A stretch of DNA of 64,000 bases from Eremomyces bilateralis CBS 781.70. Lineage: Eukaryota. The position numbers and the translations under genes were made by a program. Location: the NCBI GenBank assembly GCA_010015585.1, contig ML975150.1. The stretch is one strand, 5' to 3'. The notes beneath the pieces are model-generated. The model saw only the letters and a program-made list of their open reading frames with translations, searched no databases and was not told the DNA's origin. How positions within the stretch are numbered: position 1 is the stretch's first letter; each line of letters opens with the position of its first letter. This document shows, in pieces, positions 22,838 through 36,160 of the stretch.

Positions 22838-23191
22838 ATGGTCTTCATTGTTACACCTATTGTCCTCACCATCATCATCGGCACGCTAATCTACCGTCAC
22901 TATCGACCCGATCCCTATGTGAAGTCTTTCGTATGCCCTGAGGAGGATATAATACAAACGAACGGATGCTTAGGTCCAAAGGACTGTCTCTATGCCCACC
23001 CGAATGACTGTTACTCCTACATACAGTGCGTTCACGACCCAGAAGACGACACCTGGAAGCCGTTGTGGCTACCATGTCAAGGAGGACTAGAATGGAACGA
23101 CATTGAGAAGATCTGCGATTGGCGAGACAAGTCAACCTGTCGTCGAGGAATGCGCCAGAAGATGCAGAAGGTAGTGACATCTCCACGATGA
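22838..23191 (+). CDS. Small CBM14 (peritrophin-A) chitin-binding protein
   Basis: Hydrophobic N-terminus; cysteine pattern YAHPNDCYSYIQC...PCQGGLEWNDIEKICDWRDKSTC. Confidence 0.8.
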   Translation: MVFIVTPIVLTIIIGTLIYRHYRPDPYVKSFVCPEEDIIQTNGCLGPKDCLYAHPNDCYSYIQCVHDPEDDTWKPLWLPCQGGLEWNDIEKICDWRDKSTCRRGMRQKMQKVVTSPR

Positions 23192-24186
23192 TCGAGACCT
23201 GTTTGCCAAGCCTGACATTTCACAGTTCAAGCGAGCTACTTCCCAGAGGGTGAGGGCCCCGCAGAATTGGTTCGCACATCATGTCAAACAAACCCATGTG
23301 CCCTCCACTGCCGGTTATGGACCGAAACCGCGCTCGCCCGGCGAAGGAAACTCGCCCAATGAAGGAAATACGACTTCTTCCAACGCAGCCCAAGCTCATT
23401 CGGAACCGCACACCGCTGAGACCTTGATCCCTATGCCTAACACTTATGTACATGGCAAAGACCCTATGATGGTGGATCCGGTCCTGGATATCATTGACGA
23501 GATCATTCACGGTCCAGGGCGTCTCACCTTTGATTCACGATAGTCGGCCGTGGGGTGGGGCTCGATTGCAAGCTAGTCTGGAGGAACGCCGTGGCAGTCA
23601 TGGTTCAAACGGACACGGAAATCAATCCTAAGCAAGAGAAGCGGGATCGGACCTGGAACCGTGATCTTATTGAAACGATCGGCTGCTTTTGTAGATTACA
23701 ATGAAGTCTTCCCATGTTCCATGAACAACACTCTAATATCCGCTCCAATTGCATGCTTAGACCGCCCAATGCTAGTTCAGCTGCAACATGTATCATCTGA
23801 ATCTGAAAATTAGCAGATGACTACAGGAGGAGGAAACAGGGCTCATAATAATACGACGGCTTAGGCCTGGCTCAGTGGCCCCTCCGGGGGGGAAGAAATT
23901 GAGTTACCTTTCTTGGCATTCCCCTAAGCACAGTTCCCACGATCTTAACCAGAACGCGGCGGAGAATTCACTAAAACAGATCTCTAGTAGTTGCTTAATT
24001 AGGAAAAGAGCATACTTTTTGGTATTATGTTGTTTTTGAGCGAATTGGGCCTGCCTGTAATAATGGTGGTGATGGTTGGGGGAATGCCAAGAAACGTAAT
24101 TCAATTTCGTCCCCCCGGAGGGGCCTGGGCTGATCAATAAGGCATCAACGGGCGACATAGTGAGGCAACAAGGCACCATATTGACC

Positions 24187-24210
24187 TCACTCACTCACTC
24201 ACTCACTCAC
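24187..24210. repeat. (TCAC)6 microsatellite
   Basis: Six perfect TCAC units. Confidence 0.9.
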
Positions 24211-24483
24211 ATTAGTTGAATTGAAACATTGGGAGAGTAAAACGTCGATACTGTTGCACCTTGGTACAACTGAGGATGATGGGTTCAGTACTTTATTTGG
24301 CACCTGATACAATTCCCGAACTCAAAGACCGGATTCCACTCTCTTGATATAAAACCGCTCTCGCCAATCTGGGTATATCTAGAACAGCCACCAATGCAGC
24401 AACGGTCCACAGTCTCTGACTACCTCTAGAACCTGCTGGCAGAAATCAAACTCGGTTCATGAAGCCATAGAAACCCTCCGAAG

Positions 24484-25347
24484 ATGGACACCATCCTCCA
24501 AACGCAATTCGACCGCGTCGAAACCGCCCTCAACGCTCTCATCGACTCCATCACCACCTACAACCCCCAACCCTCCACCGCCACCGACCTCCTCGCCGCC
24601 GACTCCGACCTCAGCTCCGGCCTCGCCCTCCTCGAACGCCACCAGCACAACCACACCTACATCCTCACCCTCCGCTCCCAGATCACCCACCTCGAGGAGC
24701 ACATCCAATCCACCCTCCGCCGCGTCGCCGACACGCGCAAGGAGCTGCTAGCCGCGAAGCCGACGCCGTCCACCCCGTCGGACGAAGATGCGGCGAAACC
24801 CCGTCCCGTCACCGTCGATGAGCTGCTGTTCTATGCGAGGAATATCAGCCGCTTTACCGTCCCCCCGACGCAAGCACTGAGTGAGCCACCGCCGCCCGCA
24901 CCTGTGACGGAAACATTGCCGCACGGCGAACAGGGGCAGGAGATGGGGGCGGGAATGTCGGCGTTAGGTGCGGACGGACGGCGGACGGAGGACAAGGGCG
25001 AGGTGGAGGCGACGAGGCGGGGGATGGGCGTCGGGTGGAAGAGCTTGACGGAGGACCAGCGCGTGTGGCTGGATCAGATGTCGCGGGCGCCGTTTATGCC
25101 GTGGCCGAATGAGGAGAGTATCAAGAACGGGACGCTGGCGGCGATCAGGGGGGTGAAACCGGTGTGGATGGAAGAGGGGAAGGTGGAGACGGAGGTTTTA
25201 GATAGTGGCGTGGAGGAGAATCGGGAGGAGACGGCGGTTCCGGCAAAGGCTGCAGACGTTGGGACTGGGGGGGTTAGTAGGCCGAGAGAGACGGTGCCGC
25301 AGCAAGAGCCGTCGTTAGGGTTCGATCTATATGATCCGGATGAATGA
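24484..25347 (+). CDS. MED4: Mediator subunit Med4
   Basis: FDRVETALNALIDSITTYNP, VDELLFYARNISRFTVPP, FMPWPNEE, C-terminal FDLYDPDE. Confidence 0.88.
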   Translation: MDTILQTQFDRVETALNALIDSITTYNPQPSTATDLLAADSDLSSGLALLERHQHNHTYILTLRSQITHLEEHIQSTLRRVADTRKELLAAKPTPSTPSDEDAAKPRPVTVDELLFYARNISRFTVPPTQALSEPPPPAPVTETLPHGEQGQEMGAGMSALGADGRRTEDKGEVEATRRGMGVGWKSLTEDQRVWLDQMSRAPFMPWPNEESIKNGTLAAIRGVKPVWMEEGKVETEVLDSGVEENREETAVPAKAADVGTGGVSRPRETVPQQEPSLGFDLYDPDE

Positions 25348-25517
25348 ATGGCATCGATTTAACAGTATACAATCAAGCCAGATACCCAACCCATAGCTGA
25401 ACAAGTCTTCACTAAGGCTCAAGCGAATGATGTTATATTATAATAATAGCCTGGCAATACAGACTCAGCTATGGATGACAAAACTTATTCGTCTTCGGGG
25501 TTAGTGGCTGCTATCGC

Positions 25518-27356
25518 CTATCCCTCCTCCCCACTCTCTGCTCCCTCAAATTCATCCAGGCCCCATCCACAATCCACCTCACAATACAGGCCTCCCTGAC
25601 CGCTGCGCACCTGCCGAATCTTGCGCGCAATCTCCCTTGCCAACTGCTCCTGCAAGATCCACTGCCTCACCTGTTGCAGCGACGCATCCGGTTGGATCGG
25701 GATGCTCGGCCGCCCGGATTTCCAGCGCTTGCGGAGGTAGTCCAGCAGCTCGATCGAGATCATGCCGGCCGGCAGGCTCTGGATGGCGCCCGCGTCGGAC
25801 GGGATCCAGCCTTGCGACATGTTGATGTAGCGGATCTGCCGCCAGTACGAGTTGAAGTCTGGGCCGGGCGGCTCGGTGAAATATGCTTCGAATTCGGACG
25901 AGGCGCCCTCCCAGTTGTGGTCTTGGGATAACGTCAGCCAAGGACGGGTTGACCGTGCATCTGGACCGTGGAGTGAGGTCGGGTTGTTGTTCCCATAGAT
26001 CAGAACTTTGAGCCACTGGTGGCAGCCTTCGAGGTCGAGCCAGCGTAGGCAGTAGGTGTTTTTGCTCAACTGCCGGAGGATGCTGGCGGCTTCGTGCCAG
26101 TCTTCATCCATAGCAGAGTACATGTGTGTGCCTCCAAGGCTCACTTCGCCAGGGGCGCGGTCGGCTACCACGACGGCGGTGGTCGCATGGGGGGTCCTTG
26201 TTGGCACTGGCCAGTATGCCAGTGAAAGGTGGGTGAGTGTTGCGAAATGTTTTGAGAAGGATAGCAAATCGGACCATGATGCGGACTTTGCGGAGGGATT
26301 GGCGAGGGAGAGCCGGGTCAAACAAGGGAATCGTAGGTTTAGCGACGCGGGTAGAGCTACACCACCGCTCTCTGGTTCAGCATCCCAGGACAAGGGAATC
26401 TCGTCTTCGGGAAATCGCGCTTTCGATGTCTGAGCCGATTCAACTTTCCGCTTGGCATTCCCAGATGACTCGAAATATCTCTTCAGATCTAGGCAACTCA
26501 GTCTGCCGCCCAGTAAGCCTGATAAGTTCAAGAACTCGACTTCGTCCCCTCCAGTTGCCCCTTCAAGTTCCTCATTTGTGAGGAAAAGTGTCTTGAGGCC
26601 AACAAGGTCAATTCCATCATACGGGCCGAAGATACCGATGTAGGCTAGAAGCTGGCTCTTTAGTGTTCCTGAAAGAGTGGCTAAGTTCAATTGCTCATAT
26701 TCCACAATGAACTCCCAATTTGCCGCCATGCTCTTTAGCGTCATATCTGAAAGACTCCCAGGGGTTGGCATGTATACTGCATCATCCGCTCGATTCGACT
26801 TGCTGGAAGATTCACCCTTGAGTCTGGTACTCGAAAACGTCCATCGCACACCAGGATGCGTCCTCCGCCTTCGAAGCGCATCGTCAATGCGCTGGTTGGC
26901 TCGGAGTTTCACGTCCTCGGGCGCATGTCTGCTACGGTCCAGATCATCGAGATCACCGGTCAACCAGCTCTGCGGTGCAGCCGGACCCGGCGGAGGCCTT
27001 GCTGCCCTTTGGATGGCATTCGCAGCTGCATGTCGCAGAGGTGTCGGCGCCATGGGACGAGCGTTGGTGCCATGTTGCCCTCGACGCTGAGGAGGCCGTG
27101 GTCGCGGAGCGTCGCTTTCAGGGATATCAAGGATCTGTCGTATGTTCGGGGGAAGGGTTGGGGAGGAAACGATTCGTTCTACCGCCGCTCGTTTGGCCGC
27201 GGTTGGTGGTGGGGTGGAGGCGTGACGGTGGCGGGCGAGGAGATCATTCACAGAGACATCTTGCCGCGATGAGCTGGCGGATGGATTAGAGTACGAACCG
27301 GACGGAGCCGTGTTCTTGTAATGAGCGGATTGTGAGAAGCGCTGCTTCTTCGGCAT
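25518..27356 (-). CDS. Uncharacterised fungal protein with an LRR-like C-terminal half
   Basis: 612-aa intronless ORF with repeated LxxLxL motifs (LTRLSLA, LTHLSLAYWP, LRWLDLEGC). Confidence 0.75.
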   Translation of the reverse strand: MPKKQRFSQSAHYKNTAPSGSYSNPSASSSRQDVSVNDLLARHRHASTPPPTAAKRAAVERIVSSPTLPPNIRQILDIPESDAPRPRPPQRRGQHGTNARPMAPTPLRHAAANAIQRAARPPPGPAAPQSWLTGDLDDLDRSRHAPEDVKLRANQRIDDALRRRRTHPGVRWTFSSTRLKGESSSKSNRADDAVYMPTPGSLSDMTLKSMAANWEFIVEYEQLNLATLSGTLKSQLLAYIGIFGPYDGIDLVGLKTLFLTNEELEGATGGDEVEFLNLSGLLGGRLSCLDLKRYFESSGNAKRKVESAQTSKARFPEDEIPLSWDAEPESGGVALPASLNLRFPCLTRLSLANPSAKSASWSDLLSFSKHFATLTHLSLAYWPVPTRTPHATTAVVVADRAPGEVSLGGTHMYSAMDEDWHEAASILRQLSKNTYCLRWLDLEGCHQWLKVLIYGNNNPTSLHGPDARSTRPWLTLSQDHNWEGASSEFEAYFTEPPGPDFNSYWRQIRYINMSQGWIPSDAGAIQSLPAGMISIELLDYLRKRWKSGRPSIPIQPDASLQQVRQWILQEQLAREIARKIRQVRSGQGGLYCEVDCGWGLDEFEGAESGEEG

Positions 27357-27898
27357 AAGGAAACGATACCCAAGCGGTCCAACTGGGCAGGCGATGCCGC
27401 CTGACCCTTACTGATGGAGTGGACGTTGCTGTATTCAGATGTTCCAGAGACAAGGAAACCTGAATGTCTAATAATGTTTTGCACAACGCAAATGAAACAA
27501 AATCCACACACTATCGGTCCAAGAAAGACTAATATTGTCCCAGAGAATGAAAGGTGTTCTACAGGACTTGAGATGGAGTCACTCCAGCCCAGTCATCCAA
27601 TATCTCATCCAGATCCAATCCATGTCGCAGCTCGATTTGGCGCCTTGTTGCCTCAGGCTAATATCATCTTCAACAGAATGATGATGATCAGGCCAGACCA
27701 ACTCAGATCAAAGTTTGATGAACAAAATGATATTGATTCCATCGTCTTACAAGCTTAGCCGCCGAAAGGATACATAACAGAATACAGATCCTAATTATCC
27801 AGATGAGATGACAGCTCCGTGACAAAACAATCCCCCGTAGATCCTCAGTCTTCAACTCCTAATCTTTTCCCCATCCTCAACTCCAACAGTAGCTCATT

Positions 27899-28228
27899 TT
27901 ATTCGGCTTCACCTATCCGAACCTCCAAAACATCCTTCCCAACTCCGACCTGCATCAGCGCGAAAACCGCCTCGCAATTCTGATCAGTGATGATCGTAGA
28001 TGACGGGAAAATCTTGGGATCCCGTCCCTCTCGTGCCCAGCGGACCGTGAGCTTCGTCACTTCTTCGCTCTGCGATCGGTTGTACTTGGACAAGAGCTCC
28101 TGACAGTTGGGAGAGTCCCGGCATGCCATGATATCTTGCTTGAGTAGCGCAAGTTTGGTTTGCGGACTGATGAAAAGCACTTCATGTCGTGCAGATCCCT
28201 CGAAGGTGAAGACCACGGGAAACGACAT
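27899..28228 (-). CDS. Small hypothetical protein (109 aa)
   Basis: ATG-initiated ORF with globular composition, flanked by intergenic-looking sequence. Confidence 0.65.
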   Translation of the reverse strand: MSFPVVFTFEGSARHEVLFISPQTKLALLKQDIMACRDSPNCQELLSKYNRSQSEEVTKLTVRWAREGRDPKIFPSSTIITDQNCEAVFALMQVGVGKDVLEVRIGEAE

Positions 28229-28833
28229 GATTGCTTGCGATGTATTTGTCGATGAACTGGATCTGGCTCAGCTGGTTAGAACTTTGTTGTCAAGTTCAGG
28301 GAACCCAAAACTTTTACTAGTATTGAAACCGGATGCTAGCCAAAATGTAGTTTAATCCAATACGCATAAAAATAGAACTACAAAAACTTCACGGCTTTCT
28401 CGACCCTTTAATAGTGCGAAACTGGGCGGAGGCAATTCCGTTTTACAAACGACGTCACCGCCGACTTCCCCAGACTTCGACCCTGGACTATCTCGACACC
28501 ACTAATCCGCCCTCCTTAGCTAAGGCATGACAGCTTCCGTCTTCTTGACGGGCGAACAAACTAAGGAATGAAAGCAAACAGAAGCCACACACGACATCAC
28601 GGGTGGGGGGAAAGAGGTACAAGTTTCATTGCAATACCGTTAATTACCGTATATACACTCCGAAGCCCCAAAATATGCTGCTGCTGCGTGAGGTTCATCC
28701 CATTTCCATTCCCACCCTGACCTTCACAAAAACGCCTCCGACCTGATCGATGAAACCTCGCTCCGTACGTCGTCCCCAATGCTGGGCACTCCTAACAAAT
28801 CCACAGCACCTTTCGAACCAGGAACGACGTCAA

Positions 28834-31800
28834 CTACAAAAAACCCTTTGTCGCACTGACCCGTCTCAATTGCCGGTTCGGCGGCGGACCTTCACCATCT
28901 AGCCCTCCAATCGCCTGCGGCGATGGTCCGATGGAGCTCCCTCTTCTGCTTCGGACGTCCCCAGCTTCGCTCACGGCGATCAGGCCGCCCTGACCAGCCC
29001 GCAGACTGCCTCGCTCGACGCGGAGGCCTTTCCACCCTTCGAGTTCGCGTTCTAGTCGAAGGCAGCGCTCCTTCTCCTCCCGGAGTTCGCGTTCGGCCCG
29101 CTTGGCGGCGAGTTGCGATGCGGAGTCGGTGGACTGCAGCTCGTCGATGGTCTGAAGGAGGCCGGAGATCTTATCGCGAGCTTTGTTGATGTCCTCGGTG
29201 AGAGACCCATTCTGCTTCTCGCGTCGATCGATCTGGCTCTGAAGGTCGCGGACCGTGCGGTCGATGTTGCGGGAGGATTTGGCGGATGCGGCGGAGTTGT
29301 TCATGGCATCTTCGAGAGACTTCTCGAGCTATGGAAATGTTAGAGAAACTTGGGTGATGATGGATGGATGCGAAACTTACCTCTTGGATCCTGCCGTTCA
29401 AGTATCTCACGTCATAGCTCACGGATGAATAGCCCTTCGTCTCAAGGTCCACGACCTTGAGCTGCAAGTCTTTGGCTGATTTCTCCAGCGCTGCCTTCTC
29501 TTTGTGCAGCTGAACGTTCTGTTCTCGCTCCAAGGCAATGTCCTTCTGTGTGTCCTGGGCAAGTGCTTCCGCACGACGCATCTTCCCAACGGCTGCAGCA
29601 ACAATATCCTCTTGCTGGGCCAACCTTGCTTTCAGCCCTAGAATATCCTTATCCATTGCCGCTGCGTTGCGCATAGAGGGTGACTCAGAGCGCACCAGTT
29701 CTTCCAGACGCTCCCCAGCTTCAGCAAGTCGACCCTCAAGAGTCTTCTTCTCCTTGGCTAGCGCGTCCCTCTCGTTTGAGACGTCGTCTACAGTGGTTCG
29801 AAGACTTCGGATTTGGCTAAGGGTGTTGACAATCTTGCTTTGCGCCTCGTTATGGGCATTCACCGCGTCGTCACGAGCATTGGACACGTCTGTGAGTGCG
29901 ACTTCAAGGCGGCTCTTCTCTTTCGCCCAGGAGCTGGAGTTGAGAACTTCGTCATCCCATTTACCACGGAGTTCTTCGATTTCCTCACGGAGGCGCCCGT
30001 TGTCTTCTCGTGCGTGAATGACGTATTCTCTCTCGATCTCCAGCTCGTTGTTGAGCGAGGCCAGTTCGGTTTGATACTTCTTCCGAGTCTGCTCCATGCT
30101 CGACTCCTTATCCTCGATGTCCATGGCCCGCTGCGAGCGATAATCTTCGAGCTCATTCTGAAGTCTCTTCTTGGCCTGCAGAGCACCGTCAAGATCCGCG
30201 CTGAGGTCCTCAACTCGGACTTCCATGCTCTGCGTCTGCCGTGTGAGATCCTCAACCGTGTCCTCCATGCGCTTCCGGTCGGCCATGATGCTGGCACAAG
30301 TCTCCTCAGCCTCCCTTGCCTGAGACTTCGCGAATTGTTCCGCACGGGAAGCTTTCAGAACCGCGATCTCGGCCTGCTCCAGCTTGCTGAAGTACTCATC
30401 AGCCCGCGCCTTGTATAGGTTCAAGCTCGAGCTGGCATCCACCAATTTGCTTGTCTCCGAGTCTAACCGAATTTGGAGATCAGAGAACTCCTGAAGGAGC
30501 TGGTTGTGGCTTGCTTGCTCTTGCTCGCGTTCGTAGGTCAGGTCTTCCAACTCCGACGTCGCGTCTCGCAACTCGACTTCCTTCGCTGCCTTGACATGCC
30601 GTAGTTCCTCGAAGGCCGCCTTTGCGTCAGCAAGTTCGTTGATGGAACTGTTGTGAGAATGCAACAGGTTCTTCCGGGACCGTTCTTGGGTATTGAGAAG
30701 ATCGTACAATTCCTCGTGACTCTTCGTTTGGACCTCCTGCAAGGTAAGATGGCCCATCTGAAGGCTATTCTCGAGAACAGTCACCTTCTTCGCACTGTCA
30801 TCGAGCATGTCATTCAGTCGGGAATTCTCTCTCTCGAGCTTCTGCATGCGCCGCAGGCTGGGACTTTCGTCACCAACCCAACTATTCTTGCTTGGAGAGG
30901 ACCGATCAATTTGGTTCTGCAAGTGCTTATTCTGCATCTCAGACATCTGCAGTTGGGTCTGGATCATTTCGAGTTCGGCGGCGAGGTCTAGCTTGTTGCT
31001 GAAGGTGACGGTGTCAACGGTGCGGTCGGAGCGAGCCGAGTTATTGGTGGCATCGCTGATATGTCGCTGCGCCAGGGGTGTGTGAGTCGGGGAGAATGTT
31101 TTGCGATTCTCCAATTCTTTGCGATACTGCGCGGCGGGCGACTGATGGGTTCGTGTATTCATCTGGCTGGAGTTCAACTCCTCCAGGAGAGCTCGCTTCG
31201 AATTGGAGTGACGGGTATCGAGGTCATGTATATCATCCTCATGCTTGGCGCGGATTTCTTCCAACTGTGACTCTGCGCGAGCGCATCGCTCGTTGGCGAC
31301 ATGAAGTGTCTGCTGTGCGGCTTCCAATCTCTGTGCTAGGTCGACCGCCTTCGAAATGTCGGGCTTGGCTGCCTCATAGGACACCATGCCCTCAGGCAGA
31401 GTGGGGTCGAAGACTTTTCGGAGAAGGATGAGGTGATTGCGGCACTCAGCCAACTCCTTGTTGGACTCGTCCAGGGAATTTTGCACCGCCCTTGTGTTTG
31501 CCTGAGCTTGGGTCCGAAGCTGCCGCTCAGTTTCCAACTTGCGATTTACTTCTGCAAGCTGAATGTTGACGGTTGAGGAGATCTTCTCGGCATTTCGGCT
31601 TGTCTTATGCTCTCGGGTCACCTCGTGGTTGAGGTCCTCGAGGTTCAAGGCCAACTTCTCCTTCTGCTTCTCGAGACTGGTGATGGTGAGCTGAGCATCC
31701 TCAAATTTGCGGTACAGTCGTTTGGTCTCCTCTTCCGCCTTGGACTTTTCTGTGGTCAGCTGCGCAATTCGGGACCGCTGGGTGTCGCCTGCGCGAGAGT

Positions 31801-34800
31801 TGGATCTGGCGATGTCCAAGTTCTTCTGTTGGACCTTATTTAGAAGGGCGCGATTATCGTTCTCGGATGCTGTCAGACGTCCTTTGATGGTGACGAGTTC
31901 TCGCTCCAGTCTATCCTTCTCTTTGTCGTTTCGGTTTTTAAACGAGTCAGAATCGGCGAGCATTCTCGTTAAACTTTGTACTTGATCCGCAAGCTCAGCG
32001 TTTGCTGTCTCCATCTCTTCAAGATGTTGATCCTTGAGGCCGATCTCCTTCCGCAAGGCTGCTTGTCGCTCGTTCGCCGCCCGAGACACTGTCCGTTCAG
32101 CTGCCTCCTGGATCTCCAGCTTCTCTTCTTGCAGAGCAAGATACTTCTCACGGAGGCCGCGCAGTTCATTCTGGAACTCTTTGCGTTCCAGCTCTGCCGT
32201 TGCCCGGGCCTCGGTTGCCCGTCGTAACACATCCTGCTGAGCATACATTTCCTTCTCGATGATGATCTTCGACTCGTTGAGTGAGTCGTAATCGCGCTTG
32301 ATATTTTGATATTTGTGTTCCCCAAGCATCTGGACATCATCCCTGGACTGTCGTTCGCGGCTCAGTTCCGTCTGAACTTGGAACAGTTGCGATTTCAGGT
32401 CGTCGATTTGGGACTCGAGCATTTTTCGTCCCTGAGCTTCCGAGATGCGATCTTCCAGCATCTTCTTCGAATCGGCCGCTTCTCGTTCGAGCTGCAACTG
32501 ATGAGATTTCATAGCCTCAACTTGAGCCTGTGCCTCTCGAAGACGAGTCTGAAGATTATCGTGTTTGGAGGCGAGCGACCGCTTCTCGTCGTCGAATGAT
32601 TTTCTGTCCGACTCATACTTCTTCACATCGGATTTCAAGAGAGCAAGTTCGCTCTCTTTCCTCCTGATAAGATCTTCGAAACTCGTTGACGTGGAAGACA
32701 GATCCGTCATCTGTTGGCGAATTTGCCTGTTTTCGTCGAGCAATTCTTTGACTTGTCTCTTACTCGATTGGAGATCCTTCGTGGCATGGGATAGTTTGAT
32801 GTCCATGTCCTGGTCGGTTTTGAGGAGCTTTTGCTCCAGATCCTGCATCTTCCGCTCCTTGAGTGCGAGATGACTCGAAAGCATTTTGATTTCCTGCATC
32901 AAGCTCTCCTCCTCTTCGGAACGTTGGGATCTGGCATTTTCCAGTTCTTGAATGCCTTGCTCCAGACCGTTGATTTGAGAAGTTAGGTCCTGTTTCTCAG
33001 CCTCGAGCTTGGCAATGATAATACCGGCTTGTTCAAGCTCTCCTTTCCAGACGTCTGCCTTTTCTTCAGCAGCCTTCTTCGCATCCATCAGTGCATCCAA
33101 CTGATCCTCCGTCTTCTCGAGATCCTCGATGGCGCCAGCAAGCTTATCTTCGAGCTCCGCTTCCCGGGCTTGAAGTCGCTTGAAGATCTCCTCCTTGTCC
33201 AAAGCAAGCGCTCTCTCTGATTCGAGTGTTTGCTGGACTCTTTGTATCTCAATCTCCGTACGCCGGCGGTCCTCCTCCACGCGCGATCGTTCCTCGGCTT
33301 CATAGCCCATCTTCTCCTCAAGAGCTTTGATTGCTTCATCCCTGCGCCGGACCTCATTTGCCTGTCGAGTCGCACCGAGTAACGGCTTCATGTGAACAAA
33401 CAGTTGCCACCATGGACTGGCCTGCAGCTCCAAGTACACAGCAAAGTTCCGTTGCACGACCCGGGTGGCTTCAGCTCGATATAGTCGCTTATGCGCTGCA
33501 CGACGCTGGATGAAACCACGGGCTACACTTTGGAAGCGACCCATGATGTCCGAGATCAGCGCATCACGGCGTTCTTCGAGCTCGGCAAGGACGCCAGCAC
33601 GGAAGAACACTTTAGTGATGCCAACGCGATAGAGAGCCCGGTCCATTCCAAGCCGCTCAAGCATCATGGCCACCACGGCTTGGCCCTCGATGTATCCTTT
33701 GGGAAGGTCTTTGGAGACGAGAACCTCGTATCGCGAGCGGAACTCCGCGAACGGCAAGCGATTGGGGAATCCAGTTCTCGCTATCCTGATGCCTTCCAAG
33801 ACACCATTGCAGCGGAGCTGGTCGAGGACGAGCTGAGCACTGAAATTTTTGGGCCGTTTCTTGTGATTTGGTAGAATACATCGAACGAAGTGTGGGTGGG
33901 TGGAGTGAAGCTGCGACATCAGCGTTGAAAGCTGCTCCTTATGCCTCTGTGCAACCGTGCGGAAGAGCCCTCTCTTGACTCTCGAGCGAGTCGGGTCTCC
34001 ATCCGATGGATCGCCACAGTCCACGAACAGGTGCGCCACATGCTGATCAGAAGATTGGGAGAGAAGAGCCGTCAGATTATCGTTGAGAGGATCTTTGTTC
34101 TTTTCCAGCCAGTTATGCGTGGAGTACTCGACTTCTGCTGCATAATGGGTTAAGACGAAGCCTTGTGCCAGAAGGTTGCGGCGGTACTTGGGCGTTTTCC
34201 GATCCCATAATGAATGTAGCTTGTCTGTGAAGGATACGTCGGTCGCCTTGGGCATCACGCAGTCTTCGTCAAGACACGAAAATATGCCAATCGGGTTTGG
34301 TAACTCGATTAAATCGATGGTCGGCTGGAGGTCTTTCCCAAAATCGATGAACTTCCACTCAATCTGCTCACGTGCGTATTCCTCTTGTTCCAGGACGAAC
34401 ATGTGGTGGTTGAAGAATTGTTGAAGCTTCTCGTTGGTGTAGTTGATGCACAACTGCTCGAATGAGTTTTCTTCAAAGATCTCGAAACCCGCAATATCAA
34501 GGACGCCGATGAAGTGCGTGTCTTCGTTGCTGGATCCACTTCGATCTAATGTCCGGTTGATACGCGATACGAGGTCGCCGAATGATCGTTCATAGATGCC
34601 TTTTGCTAACGCATCGATAGAAGCGCGAACTTGTTCCGGTGTTTGGGTTTTTTCGACCCATTCGCGGCCGGCCTTGACTCTCGGATGGAGGAGACCTTTG
34701 ATGAATGGCTCTGATGGAATACCGAGCAGTTTGCAGACCTTCTCAGCTTGTTTCTCGGCGTTGTAGTCAAGCGACGCTTGGTCTGCACGGAGGCTTTCTT

Positions 34801-36160
34801 TGATGACAGTAATGTTACCCAGGTGAAGGACTGCGGCCAAGGCGCGCAAGATCGACCGTTGTTCATTCTCCGAGAAGCCCATGATGCAAAAGGCTTCAAT
34901 CAAAGAGTTCCATTCTTCGTGATCGGAGATACCGGAAATCGCATCATTTCCGTGTTTCGTGTATTCGAAATCGTTAAGTTCCATGCCGTCCAGCAAAAGG
35001 TCTGACCTCATCTTTCGATCCGCTCCTCGCAGAAGCTGATAGAAGATGTGGTAGTTTCGTTCGGTGGAATTGATCCGGACCACTCGAGACTTCTCCAGCA
35101 GATACCAGTCAATATAAGCGCCGGAAATTTGCCCCGATCGTGTAAACTCGATCCTGATGAATTTCCCAAACCGTGAGGAGTTGTTATTCCGGACGGTCTG
35201 GGCATTTCCAAAAGCCTCGAGGATGGGATTGGCTCGCAGTATCTGCTCGGCAAGGTTGGAGAGATGTTTCCCACCAGACTTAGCAGCCCTCGGGGTGTCT
35301 GACGTTGCCACAGCAGCGAGATATTGAATGACCTTCTTGGTATTCTCTGTCTTTCCCGCGCCAGATTCACCCGTCACCAGTATGCTTTGGTTTTCGCCCT
35401 CCTCCACAAGGTTCCGGAATGCTTCATCGGCCATGGCGAAGATGTGCGGCTTTGTGTCCTCGCGGCTTCGACCACGGTACATGTTGATGTAGTCTCGAGT
35501 GTAGATCGGCAGCGGGCAATATGGGTTGACCGTAACCAAGAATAGCCCAGAGTATGTGTATATAAGGTCTGACTGATACCTCATGTGCAGGTTGTGAACC
35601 ACCGAGGCTTCGTTCAGATGCGTGAGCTCGGCCATGTCGTCTGTTTTGTCGAATTTGGCGGGGTTGACTTTATCAACGCTCTCGGAATCGACCTCGCGCT
35701 GGGTATCATCGTCGCATTGCACCAGTAAACGTCCCCCTTCGCGTTCTTCCACAACCCAACCTTTCACGAACGCCTTCTCCGGGTCTTTCAGCCAGACATA
35801 TCTCTTTCCGGAGAAATCATTCTCCCCTTCAATGCCAGACACCTTCTCATAGCCGTCTTGCATCTCTTCAGTCTTAATGAACTGCGGTGCAAATGTCCCC
35901 GTCGAATGCGTAGCACCTCTGTGAGAATTCGATCGCTGTCGGTTGGAATCGCTTCGAGAAAGTAAGGGAGCATTCACCATGGGTGAGAAGGATTGATGTC
36001 GCGCATGGCTGGTTCGATCGGATAGTGGGAAGGATGAGGATAATATGGATGATTTCGGCCGTCCATTCGGAGGGGATGCAACTGGGGGAGAAGGAGAAGC
36101 AGACTCTCTGCTGAAGTGGTCTCGCCGCCATCTTGGGCCATTCTGAGCTGGCACCGACAT
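28834..36160 (-). CDS. MYO1: Class II myosin heavy chain (cytokinesis/septation)
   Basis: Motor motifs GESGAGKT, NPILEAFGNA, NNNSSRFGKF, LDIAGFEIF and QLRCNGVLEGIRI; long coiled-coil tail; intron 29329-29380 joins the two ORFs. Confidence 0.95.

Noticed and set aside
29171..29380. C-terminus VSFASIHHH... of the 2337-aa myosin ORF
   Set aside because: Read-through of intron 29329-29380; the true end is the exon finishing at 28834
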